Source: Podarcis muralis
Taxonomy: Eukaryota
Length of the DNA stretch: 64,000 bases
Direction of reading: 5' to 3'
Assembly: GCF_964188315.1 (NCBI RefSeq)
Contig: NC_135667.1
Location: forward strand, 20,150,001-20,214,000
Each line of letters begins with the position of its first letter. Position 1 is the stretch's first letter. Made by a program: the position numbers and the translations under genes. Below are positions 1 to 11,734 of this stretch, in pieces. The notes under the pieces were generated by a model. That model was not told where the DNA came from, did no database searches, and worked only from the letters and a program-made list of their open reading frames with translations.

Positions 1-314
1 AGTACCGCTCACGCCTGCAAAAGTTGCAGGGTGGTCATACTGCTTCATTTCCAGTCCTTGCCTATTTCTGCCAAAGTCCCATTAACTTGCACAGGCCTGG
101 CCCAAGGAAGTGCGAGGCAATATGATGTGGGCTTTTCTGCGAAGCAGCTCCTTCAAGAGAGGTCTTCTCTTCCTGGAAGGCTGTCCAACGGACAGAGAGC
201 TCCAGCGATGGCAAAACGTAATGACCACACATGCAAGCAGATAGGTGGGAAGCAAGGACAATGGCAGGATGGGAAGCGAAGGCAATGGTAGGCCTTGACC
301 ACGTCACTCTAACC

Positions 315-450
315 CAGGCTACCTCAACCTCGGGCCTCCAGATGTTTTGAGACTACAATTCTCATCATCCCTGACCACTGGTCCTTCTAGCTAGGGATGA
401 TGGGAGTTGTAGGCCAAAAACATCTGGAGGGCCGAGGTTGAGGAAGCCTG
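315..450. mobile_element. Palindromic hAT MITE
   Basis: Terminal inverted repeats CAGGCT(A/T)CCTCAACCTCGG; 8-bp TSD CTCTAACC at 307-314 and 451-458. Confidence 0.85.
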
Positions 451-492
451 CTCTAACCCCCTCCTCCCTGTTTTCCTCCCTCCTCCTTTCAG

Positions 493-2601
493 GGACCGCA
501 TGAGGACCTCCATCAACGTGGTAGGCGACTCCTTTGGTGCCGGCATCGTTCATTTCCTCTCCCAGAAAGAGTTGGCGCTCATTGACGGAAGGGGGGAGGA
601 GCTTGAGATAGACCCCACTACCCTTAAGCTGCAGGCTCTGGCCAATCACCAGGAGGGCTCCATCGGGTCTGGCTATACCGTCTTGCCCAGCCAGGATGAG
701 GAAGAGGTGAGGAGGAGAACATTCCCGGTGAATGTTCAGTGGGCCTGGGAGAAGCCAACAGTCACTGGGGACATAAGAACATCTGGACATGAGAGCTGAG
801 CCCACACAGCTCAGGGCAGTCTTCCTTCGGGCTTCTATTCTCATGCCTACTGTGTCTGTATGTAACAGGGAACCATTGTGGCGCTGAGGGCCAGATTTAG
901 ATTCAGAGCAGGGCCTTTTTAGTGCTGGCCTCTTTGGTTTTGAATCCCGTCTCTGGGTAAATCCACAGTGCAAGGGGCATTGCTGGCCCAACACTCAGCA
1001 TGTTGAGAAGCCCCAAGCATAGGGCTAGCAATACGATTCTTCCTGCCATTCCCATCAGCTGAGGCGATAAGGAGGAACCTGCATCCTCAGGGACCTCTGC
1101 GTACGAGAGAAGTCCCTCTCTCGCAGCAAATGTCTGGAAAAATGGCTGGAAAAATAAAACGGGGCTGTTTGCTTTCACTAAAGAGAGGCAGGAAGGTCTC
1201 TCTTTAATAGTGACAGCAGCTCCAATGAAAAGCAGAGCCTTCAAAGAGATATGTTTGTAAAGGGGCACAGAAAGCTCTAAGCTTTAATTTTGTTCGATTT
1301 TTTCTTAATACATCTTGTTCACGCATGCTGTGTTCCGCAAGGAGTGAGTGCGCCTGAGTGAACAAACCCAGCAAGTCCTATTGGTGCTCAGTTTTGCATC
1401 ATGGAATGGGGGGAAACGTCCTTCCCTTTGCTTCAACCTACTGCCTTGATTATAGTGGGTGGCCCCTGAATACCTGCTTTTGAGAAGGGGCAAATCACTT
1501 TTTCCTCTTCACTGTTTCCATCCCTGTGTATCTCTGTGGCCCTTTCTACGTGGTTGCATTCCAACTCCCTTCCTCCCTGGTCATGTTGGTTGTGGCTGAT
1601 GGGAGTCAGCACCCAACAACATTCAGAAGTCCACAGGCTCCTCAGTCCTGCTGTACATGATCTCCCAAACCTCTTCGTGTGCTGCGTTTCCTGCTTCTCC
1701 ACCCTCTTTTTCTCTAAACTAAGATGTTTGCTGTAAGCCTTTATTCACAAGGAAGATCATCTTTGAGCCCCGGTGACCTACCTTTCCGTTGTCACCTGTA
1801 ACTCTGAGCTAAGACTTGATCTGAGCCAGGGATCAGGAACGTTGTCTGGATTTAGCCGCGGGGCATGTGAAGTAAAGTGAACCCCTGGGCATGTACAAAG
1901 TTAATTTCTCTCATCACTGGGTTAAACACAGCCAATTCACTTCTGTGTTGCAAGCTAAAGTCGTGCAGTGGCATAGCTGTCAACTTTTCCCTTTTCTTGC
2001 GAAGAATCCTATTCGGAATAAGGGAATTTCCCTTTAAAAAAGGGAAAAGTTGACAGCTATGTGCAGTGGAAATCCTTTCTGTTCCAAAATGGGCTTTAGC
2101 TCCAGAAAAAAAGTATAAACGTGAAAGTCCTGCTGCATGCAAATCAAGCTAATTAGATAAACGTTTCCTGGTTTGCAATATCGAGGGCAGGATCTGAATT
2201 TGCTCGCTGCTTGGCAGAGACTCCTGCTTATTTTAAGAAACCCAAGCCAGTTCAGGGGAGAGAATTCAACAGGTATTTTGCTCTTCCCCGCATTATTGTG
2301 CTTGCATTGCATTGCTGTGCTCCCTGCCATGCAGATGTTAATAGCACAGGAGCTTCTGCGAAGGAAAAGCCCCCGGAATCCTTGTTTGCTGATCAAAGGG
2401 ATTTAGAGAGATTTCAGCACAGAAGTCTAGACACCAAACAAGCACACTCACATGTGCCCAGATAATAAATAATAACCCAAACCCCCCCGTTTTTTCTGCT
2501 TCCAGCTTCCAGAAAAAATGGATGCGGCGTCGCAGTATAGTGAGAAGGATGAGGAGGAGCCTGATGAAGAGGAGGAAGAGAAGAAAAAGGAAGAAGAATA
2601 A
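493..2601 (+). CDS. SLC1A2-like: 3' coding exons of an excitatory amino acid transporter, EAAT2/SLC1A2-like paralog (probably SLC1A9/EAAT7); 5' part lies outside the window
   Basis: Exon 493-706 (tttcag acceptor, GAG|gtgagg donor) encodes [27 protein letters not shown], close to SLC1A2 [27 protein letters not shown], then diverges. An in-frame terminal exon 2506-2601 (cttccag acceptor) encodes LPEKMDAASQYSEKDEEEPDEEEEEKKKEEE*. Read-through of the 706 donor would stop at 799. Confidence 0.8.
1972..2061. mobile_element. 90-bp hAT MITE
   Basis: 24-bp perfect inverted repeat CATAGCTGTCAACTTTTCCCTTTT; 8-bp TSD TGCAGTGG at 1964-1971 and 2062-2069. Confidence 0.85.
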
Positions 2602-2632
2602 GCACCTCCCCCCCACTCACTTCACACACAAA

Positions 2633-2636
<4 letters not shown>

Positions 2637-2679
<43 letters not shown>
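2637..2679. repeat. (CA)n microsatellite
   Basis: Seen directly. Confidence 0.95.
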
Positions 2680-2681
<2 letters not shown>

Positions 2682-4685
2682 GTGGCATCAGCAACACAGA
2701 TGGGGGCGGGAGGAATGGCAGGGGCCCCCAAACTGATTTGATTATTATCTTTATGAATATTGTACCCAATGGAAGGCTGGTCCATTCAGGTGCATGGGTC
2801 AACTGCCCCACACACCTCATTCTGCCTTCAGCCTGCCCCTACCCCGACACCTGTCTTCCTGCTTAACAACAAATCCAGGAGTAGCCACTGCCTGTCCATT
2901 TCCTCCTCTTTCTTCTCCCTGTTGCCCTTTGTATAACTCAGCAGGAGAAGGACGGGGGACGGGGACAAAACTAGAATTAGTTGGCTCCACCTGCCATTGG
3001 CTCTATTGCGCCACCTACTGTTGGGCTCCCTGCCTTCCGCCCAACCAGTCCCAAGGAGCACTAGTTCCACAGTTCATACCTGAACCCGCTTTTTGCAGCA
3101 ACCTCAGCTGTGAATGAGAGATACCTGGATAACTTAAACAGCCACACACAGAGAGACACAGCTGCTGTATCTACGCATTGTCTTGTACGTGTGTGTGTAC
3201 ACATATACATAGACTTGTATATTTTTTTTGCACATACCTTTTGTAGATTGCTTGGGGGTGGGAAGAGGGGATCTATTTTTCTTACACAGCCACATTCCAC
3301 CTTTGAGATTCTCGTAGGATATAGAAATCTGCCTTATACCAGGTCAGACTGTTTTGTCCATCTAGCAGCAGCCCTCCAGAGTCTTCAGCAGAGAAAGTTC
3401 TTTCCCATCACTTCCTACCTGTTCATGTTAACTAGAGAGGTCAGGGACAAGCTTTCCACCTTCTACACTCAAAGCATGTGCTCTGCCACTGAGGTTTGCA
3501 CCTCAATTCCCTTCATGCGCATCTATCTATTCATTCACCTTCAGAGACCGAGCTTGTGATTTGGAGCTTCTGGGCTCTGCCATGAACCGAGGCAAGCCTT
3601 GTTGTTTCCCTTCTCCCATCTGTAAAATGGAAATAATAATTCTGGGCCAATTTTGCAGGATTGTATTGTGAGCTCTATGCAGAGAATGTAAGTGAAGCGC
3701 TTTGAGCACTTTGGGGGAAAATACTATATAAATACTAAGTATTATTACTATTATTATCTTCATGCATATCCACACTCCCTCTCACAGAGCGTCATAGACA
3801 TTTAGCACCCTAGAGTGGAATAGCCCCATTGGATCAGTTCCACCCTGTCCCACAACCGGGTAAAATTCACATATATACCAAATGCCTGTCTTTCCTCCTC
3901 TGGAAAACTTCCAGCAAATAACACTTCATACATGCTTTGGCTACTTCTGTCATTCTCCGCACTGGGTAAATTTTAGTCTAGGAATCTTCTGCTAGTTTGC
4001 TGTTTTTTAACTAAAGAGCTTTCCTAATCCCAAACAGCTATGTAACTGAGACCTAAGGTTGGGCAAGCAGCTCCTGCAAGGCCTTGGAGAGATCTGAGCT
4101 ACTCAGAAGCTCAGATTCGATAAAGTTATCCTAATTAACTTGCAGAAGAGCTGAACTCTGTTTCCATATTCTCAGCTCAGCTCCCAAGGTGTTAATTAAT
4201 TAACCCATTATTAAACCCATTGTGAAACTGAACAGAACAGAGGCAAGGTTGGGTCATATCTGAAAGTAGAAGGCAGGCTGGTCAATCTGTGGAAAGAGCG
4301 GGTTTTGGCCGGGATCTGTCCCACTTTGTTCCCACAAGTGCTTTACTGTTTTACCCACAGTCTGAAAGGTAAGCAATCCCTCCCCCATCTTAACTGCTCT
4401 TCAGACAGCACACTGTGAATCGCCCTGCATGTTTCTCTTAAAAAGAGGGTGCAAAAACTGGTGCATATGCAACAATGCCAACTCGACCAAACGTTTCCGG
4501 AGTACCAGTAATTCTGAATTCCTTTCCTGTCCAATAACTTTGCCATTCACTATTTTGCAATGCCTTCTGGCTCTTACAGCATTAACCCCAACTGGGGGTG
4601 ATGAAATGTTAAAAAAAAATTGTGGGGAATCTTTGACAGGTGTCCCAGTGGTAAGGGAATACATTTGCTCCTCGTTCCCACCTCT

Positions 4686-5030
4686 TTTGTTGTTGTTTAG
4701 TCGTTTAGTCGTGTCCGACTCTTCGTGACCCCATGGACCAGAGCACGCCAGGCACCTCTGTCCTCCACTACTTCCCGCAGTTTGGTCAAACTCATGCTGG
4801 TAACCTCGAAAACACTATCCAACCATCTCGTCCTCTGTCGCCCCCTTCTCCTTGTGCCCTCCATCTTTCCCAGCATCAGTGTCTTCTCCAGGGAGTCTTC
4901 TCTTCTCATGAGGTGGCCAAAGTACTAGAGCCTCAGCTTCACGATCTGTCCTTCCAGTGAGCACTCAGGGCTGATTTCCTTAAGAATGGATGCGTTTGAT
5001 CTTCTTGCAGTCCATGGGACTCTCAAGAGT
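4686..5030 (-). mobile_element. 5'-truncated BovB/RTE LINE 3' end
   Basis: Minus frame gives RREDSLEKTLMLGKMEGTRRRGRQRTRWLDSV...GVTKSRTRLND*, the typical BovB ORF end; (CAA)n tail; 12-bp TSD GTTCCCACCTCT at 4674-4685 and 5031-5042. Confidence 0.9.
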
Positions 5031-6894
5031 GTTCCCACCTCTACCCTACAGCAACTGGAAATTTTGGAGAGAGCCTGGCCTAGCCTTTGCATATCTCACT
5101 ACTGCAGGGCAGTCGGGGGGAAGCAAGCACAATGGGAATGCTCAGGCCAGGGGGCAGGAGGAACATCAGCTGCACTGGATCGGAGCTACAGGAAGCAGGA
5201 CTGTACCTATCTCAGGGGAGGTGGAAGAGAGAGATAGAGAGACAGAACAGATTGAAGAGAGATGGGGAGGGAGGGAAAGAAGGAGACGCCGTCTGTCTGT
5301 CGGGCTTAAGAAGCCGAAAGCCAGGAATTTAATCAATGTCTGGGGACTGGCAGGAGGCGATGACGCAGAGCGAGGCTTCGTCAGTATGGATTCAGCTAGC
5401 TGGCCTAATCCAGCACAATGGCTGAGCCGTGGCTCTCTCCCCCTGCCTAGCAGTCCGGCGAAAAGGGGAGTGAGATTTTGTGTGTACGCACAATGGGCCG
5501 AGATATATATTTTGTGCGTGTGCATTTTTGAAATATCAGATTGAGGTTATGCAAGGTCATGCAATACATTTACTTTCAAATTACTTGGTTAGCCCACGGT
5601 TAAAGGTTAAGGAACTTTACGCATCGCAGTTTAACTCTCCCACCCCTTGTCAGGAGTAGACCTCAGATTTCCCCACCAGGCAAGGATGGGATATTTGACC
5701 CCATGTTGCCATCTAGTGTTTAGCTTGAGAGTTACATCTTTTCCCTGGATTTATTTTGGCAAGACTGGTCACACGCCACAAATGGTTGTTACAGGGTAAG
5801 GTTGCCAACTGACTAGAAAAGCAATAGCAGATCTAGACAGGCCTGCTCACGTGCTTTTACCAGCAGACTGGAGGTGCTGCAATCAGCTGGTGAGACTTCT
5901 CACATCATGGATATAAGCCATATCGCCTGATGTCAACAAATCAAGCTTATTTCAGAGAAACTGCCATGGCAGCTGATGGCAGCATAAGCAACGAAGTCTT
6001 GGGGCACCTTAAAGAATGCATTTGATCAGGCTACTGTGAAAGAGACAGCTGCAGCAGCTAGTTAAAAAGTTGGCAGCCCTATTCCTAAAGATTGGAAGCT
6101 TCCCCCTATCAATGCATGAAGTTCAGGAGGCTAGAGTACCTTTAAGCATGTGCAGAGTGCACTTACCAAAAGCACTTCCCAAAAGCCAGTCTCTATGCTT
6201 TCAAGGTTTGGACAGGGATTTGGTTTTTTTTTTAAATTTATTTAGAAAGTGAAGCTTCCTGTTTGGGTTTCCATGTCTCTATTTATTTAAAATATTCCCA
6301 CCTTTCCATACATATTCTCAAATTGACTTACAACACCTCGCATTAAAAACACGTATCACATAATTTTTTTAGGGGGGGGAAATGCAATGAAATATAACTG
6401 GCAGCATTCAAAACCAGCTATGCAGATGAGGATCCACTACTGTGAGAATGCCAACCTCACTTCCAAAAGTGGGGGCACCTGGAGATACGCTGTGCTCTAT
6501 AGCACATGTGGGCAAACTTCAGGATTGCAAGATCTGCTTTGTGTTTGCTTTACTAGGAAGCTGAGCTCCACCAATCAGAGCAAGGAGCAAAGTAGTGACT
6601 TGAGGTGTGGGGTGGAGATGGAGTCAACTACTTCCTGCACCCGTAACCCATGCAGGGGAAGAATATATCAAAAATTCCAAGCAGCATCTGCATTTCTACA
6701 GATCAGGACTTCTAAAAAAAAAAAAAATCTATATTTGGGAAAGGGGTGGATTTTTTCTCATCACTTTTTTGGGGAGCCAATCTACCGCAAATTCTCCAGC
6801 AGCAGCCTATCAGTAAATAGGCTGTCCTACCTTCTGCCTAACCCTGGCCTAGAGAATTCAGGAGTGGGGAGAGGGATTTGCACGTAGCCCATAT

Positions 6895-6900
6895 TTTATT
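6895..6900 (-). terminator. Candidate polyadenylation signal of GFY
   Basis: AATAAA on the minus strand about 20 nt after the GFY stop codon. Confidence 0.45.
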
Positions 6901-6919
6901 CTGGAAAGGGTCCAGAGCC

Positions 6920-8499
6920 TCAGATGAAGTTCCCAGTGCGCAGGTTGGCTGGGGACAGGCACTCCAGCTTCACGGGGCTTGCTTGGGGCGGCTTGGAGTC
7001 TTGCCCTGCCTCGGAAGACGCCAGCTTCCCTGACGACCCATCGAGAGCAGAGGGGGGTTGCTTGAGAGCTGGGATCGAGAGGGTCTGGATTGGCTGAGGC
7101 TGGGCTTGGGAAGCCGTTGGGTAGACGTAACCGTCAGTCTCGTAGAAGAACCAGTCGTAATCCTTTGGGCTGTCCAGGAAGAGGGCTGGGAAGAAAATGG
7201 GGGGGGGGAGCGGAGTAAGAAATAAACCCATTCATGGACCATTGCATCACATGACCATGTCAGGTGCCACTTGAAGTTGCTTTTCACTAAGTCAATCTGT
7301 TTTGCCTGGTATTGGCTGACTGGCAAAAAAAAATCTTTTTCAACACCTGCTAGCTGCAGCAGGGGGAAAAGGGTCTCTTTAGTGGTGGCCCCTTATTTAG
7401 GCAATTCTCTCCCTAGGGAGGCTCACTTGACACCCACATCGACGTGTTTAACTTCTCAAGGCTTCTACTACTCAGGTCACCATCTTATTCAGTTATTGTC
7501 ACTGGTGGTCTATTTGTTGTTTCCTTTTACTTATTTACCTTACAATTGTGTGTAGGTTAAACCACCCTGCTCATCTTTGCCCTGAAGGGTACCATTCAAG
7601 TAACCTATTACGTTAAGAAAAAATACATAGGCAGACCACGCAACACTTCCGAATTAAGCGGGAGATCCCGGAATTACAGAAGCCAATCCTGGCTTCTGTT
7701 TGGATCTAGGAATGTCCCATTGGTGGCTTCTGCCAGAGCGCTGGACCAGAAGACACTTGTTTTTTGGCCTTGCGAGACCCAAAAATGGATGTATTTTGGT
7801 CTCTTGGGACCAAATAAAGGAGCGTCCCAATTTTGGCCTCCAAGATGTTGGAGGGTATGCAGGGGTAACCAGTGATGATCTTCCCCAGCTGTGAAGAACC
7901 TTTGGCCCTTGAGATGTTCTTGGACTCCAACTCCCATCAGGCCCCACCAGCGCAGCCAATAGCCAAGGATGATGGGGACCGCAGTCCAATCACGGGTTCT
8001 CCATCCTGATCGTTCCCTTTCAACAGTGCAGACTGTCGGCTGGTATCAAAGCATAGTCCAGCTGCCTGCACTGTTCTCCTCAATCCTCGCCCACCCGGTC
8101 CCACTCACTCTCCTTCCCAAAGACCACCCATCACTTACCAGGGTCATCAAACCCGTCCTCATACAAGCGATGGTGGGAAAACGGTTCTTTCTTGGATCCT
8201 CGGCTGTAGGCGCAATAGACCCCGATGAAGAGGCAGAGCAGCAGGCCGCAGCCAGCGAGAAACAGCCCCATGGCGTGGCTAGCTGCGGTGTGGGCCTCCC
8301 CAGCTGACAGTTGCCCTGTGCAAGAAGGAAGAATGATATCACGTGGTCCACACTAGGGGTGAAGGAGAGGTCCCATCCGCATTTAAAGCCAAACCTTATC
8401 AAGTCCTCACTTTATGAAACAATACACAAACCAAAATACAGCTCTCCTCAGAAGTTCGCACTTTTTGCAGTTTTGCAATGCAGTCCTCAAAGTTTGCAG

Positions 8500-8542
<43 letters not shown>

Positions 8543-10914
8543 GCATCCATGAAAATGAAGGTGTTAGTGGGGCAGGGGAAACACAAAATGCGTTATATCT
8601 GGGGGAATTGCATTGCAAAAATGTGTATGTCAGTCAAAGCTGCATATAAAAATGTGTTTCTCAGAAAGAAAAATTGCACTAAAAAGCTGGTGAAATTTCG
8701 TAAGGATTTTTCATTAAAAGCACTCACACACACACACAAATGCCTGCAAAATGTGGGGAACTGAATTTAAGACTGGAAAAATGAGAAACAGAGGGGAACT
8801 GGAATGAAAAGATCTTTTTCATCCCTAGCCCACACAGAGAGCTTCGTGGGAAGCATGGACATGCCTCCTACTTTACGAAACCCAGTCCTCCCTTTTAAGG
8901 CGTCTTCTATGAAATAGAGGAGCCAGTCCTAGCAAGCCTCCCATGTCAAGGAACAATCAGGAGGGTGTGACATGGAAATGGCCCCATGGACCAAGCTGAG
9001 ACCCATGCGGAGTCTCGCTAGGCCCACAAACAGAAAGTTCCCCGTCCCTTTGTCTGTTTGAAGGGTTGTCTCACCCAGGTCAAGTTTAAGACTGGAAGAC
9101 AATAAGTTGCCTTGAAATTGCCAGTTAACAGTTAGCACCCTCCTGATTGGTTTGAGCAGGCAGTCACCCAGGTCACCTTCTCTACTATGGTGAGATTCAT
9201 AGATCCATAAAGGGACCCCCCAGGGACATCTAGTCCAACCCCTGCAATGCAGAATCCCTGCCCACAGCCATCCCTGGGTGGGCTCAAACTACCAACCTTC
9301 TGGTTAACAGCCAGACGCACTGACCCAGATGTATTGCAAAAATAATAGAAATTATTTCTAATACTGCGTCTATCCATATAAGTTAGCAGGCGTGTGCAGT
9401 TTTTATGCAAACCTCTATCCTCGTTTGTCCACTTTCTTGACAATGCACTTCATTTGGAACTACATGTGAGCAGCCAAGGTAGACCTCACCTACATTTAAA
9501 GCAGCATCATGTCGCCTGAAACAGTCATGGCTTCCCCCAGAGAATCCTGGGAACTGTAGTTTGTTAAGGCTGATGAGAGCTGTCAGGAGACCCCTATTCC
9601 CCTTACAGTGCTACCGTTCCCAGAGGGTTGAACAGTCAATCCCTCTTCCCAGGGAACTCATACAATTGTAGCTCTCTGAGGGGAATAGGGGTCTCCTCTC
9701 AGGGTGCTTAACAAACTGCAGCTCCCAGGATTCACTGGAGGAAGCCATGACTGTTTAAAGTGGTATGATGCTGCTTTAAATGCGTAGTGTGGATGGGGCC
9801 TGAGTCTGGGTCTAGCCCATTCTAACCCCAATTTTACAGATTTCGCAACTGAGGCTGATAGATGCCAGCTTGCTTAGGGTCACCCAAAAGCCACAAGTTC
9901 TCCCAGGTCCATGATTTCATACTGGTCTGTGAGCTACTCGACCCCAGCGCCCTTCTGGAGAATCCAGGATTGGAATTGCAATCAACTAATCCCTCCACAA
10001 ACAGGGATGGGGTGGCGCTGTGGGTTAAACCACTGAGCCTCTTGGGCTTGCCAATCAGAAGGTTGGCGGTTCGAATCCCCACAATGGGGTGAGCTCCCAT
10101 TGCTCGGTCCCTGCTCCTGCCAACCTAGCAGTTTGAAAGCACATCAAAGTGCAATTAGATAAATAGGGAAGGTAGGGAAGGTAAGCGGCGTTTCCATGCG
10201 CTGCTCTGGTTCGCCAGAAGCGGCTTAGTCATGCTGGCCACATGACCGCTGTACGCCAGCTCCCTCGGCCAGTAAAGTGAGATGAGCGCCGCCACCCCAG
10301 AGTCGGCCACGACTGGACCTAATGGTCATGGGTCCCTTTACCTTCACCTAATCCCTCCAAAAAAACCCACACAGGCATAGGAAGATGCCTCATCCTCCAG
10401 CCCTACCTGGCAAGGCCAAGGGTTGAACCTGAGGCCTTCTGCATGCAAAGCAGATGTTCTACCCATGAGCCACAGCCCTTCCCCTGTCTGAAAGCCCAGG
10501 AGAAGCACCTTCACCTTTGGGTTTCATCAGCATAATGGCCACTCCCTGAGCTGCAGTCTCCCATTGCTGACTTCCTCCAGACTCCTCAATGTCAACCTCA
10601 GGAAACTTGAAAGGAGCAGCCTCCATCTTCTCTTGGGGAAGCCTGGGTTTCTCTGTCTGTGGGCTGGAGACCGAGGGCTCCTTGTGGTCCTGGTCCTGCT
10701 GCGTCAGGGAAGATTTGGGCGAAGATGTCGCGTCAGTGGCGTCTGACGTGGGACCTTGCGTGGATTCGGGGGATGTCTGTGGGGTGGAGGACCAGGTGGT
10801 GGGGAGAGGTGAAGGAGAGGAGAAAAGGGGCGTGCTGGGAGCTTCGTCGGTGGTAGCGTGGCTTGCACCCAGGAACAGCAGCAGCAGGCAAGCGAGAAGG
10901 TGGTTCAGATCCAT
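6920..10914 (-). CDS. GFY: Golgi-associated olfactory signaling regulator (Goofy), about 280 aa type I membrane protein
   Basis: Exons 10914-10515, 8315-8139 and 7185-6920 join in frame (843 nt, AG/GT sites, phase 1-1). Signal peptide MDLNHLLACLLLLFLGASHA, S/T/P-rich lumenal domain, TM GLFLAGCGLLLCLFIGVYCAY, tail HHRLYEDGFDDPALFLDSPKDYDWFFY...LECLSPANLRTGNFI resembling mammalian GFY (..LEALSPATLPNNFV, from memory). Head-to-head with PTH2 as in mammals. The 10515 donor is the less certain boundary. Confidence 0.85.
8502..8539. repeat. (TG)n microsatellite
   Basis: Seen directly. Confidence 0.95.
9485..9800. mobile_element. Long palindromic MITE, PIF/Harbinger-like
   Basis: Long inverted arms (ttaaagcagcatcat...cagtcatggcttcc / ggaagccatgactg...atgatgctgctttaa) ending in gtgtggatggggcc; related fragments occur near 13060, 20400 and 48270. 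Confidence 0.6.
10002..10347 (+). mobile_element. Sauria SINE
   Basis: tRNA-like head (gtggcgctgtgggttaaacc...ggttcgaatccc), Sauria core, (acctt)n tail; TSD ctaatccctcca on both sides. Confidence 0.9.
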
Positions 10915-11344
10915 TTTCAAACTGCCAGACCAGGGAGTCTCTGCAGAGGAAGATGAAACGCTGACCTGTGGCACAATACAAACCGAGGAGATCTTACACA
11001 CATAATACAGGAGCAAACCCAGGAGGGCAAGTGGGACATCCATGGAACACAAAGCCATGACCACCCCCAAAGACCGAGGCCACCTCCAGACCACCCCTGT
11101 TTTGTGGGAGGGACTCAATCGCAGACCGGAAATGTAGGTTTGCTTTAGTCAGATTTATTTGTTGAAAACCTTTGGTGGTCACAAAAATACAAGCAGCACA
11201 GGAGTGAACAGAAAACAGATGGTCCCCACCAGTGCACAGGACCCCGTGATGGAGAGTGAAATTGTGTCTGGTCTGCCGAGCTGCTAAGGGGAACATCGAA
11301 ACCTTAGATGTAGCATAGTACATATAGTCCATATGAACCTACCC

Positions 11345-11686
11345 GGACCCTGAGATCATCTTCTGAGGCCTTCCTTCATGTGCCTCCTCCTCAAGAGGTC
11401 AGGAGGGTGGCAAAACAAGAACGGGCCTTCTCTGCAGTGGCTCCCCATCTGGGGAATGCTCTCCTCAGGGAAGTTTGCCTGGCGCCTTCATTATGCACCT
11501 TAAGGCACAAGGCAAAAACCATCCTTTTTAACCAGGCCTTTGGTTGACCTGATTTACATCCTATGCCCTTTTAAAATGTGTTTTTTTTGGGGGGGGGGCT
11601 ATTGGGGTTTTTGTTTGTATTAGGTATTTTGTGGTTTTATATCTTTTTTATATTTTGTGGTTTTATTCTGTGAATATTTTATTCTG

Positions 11687-11732
<46 letters not shown>
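11345..11732 (+). mobile_element. L2 LINE 3' fragment with (AAT)n tail
   Basis: acgggccttctctgcagtggctcccc...tggggaatgctctcc (RAFSxxAPxxWN motif), followed by an (AAT)n array at about 11689-11732. Confidence 0.65.
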
Positions 11733-11734
<2 letters not shown>

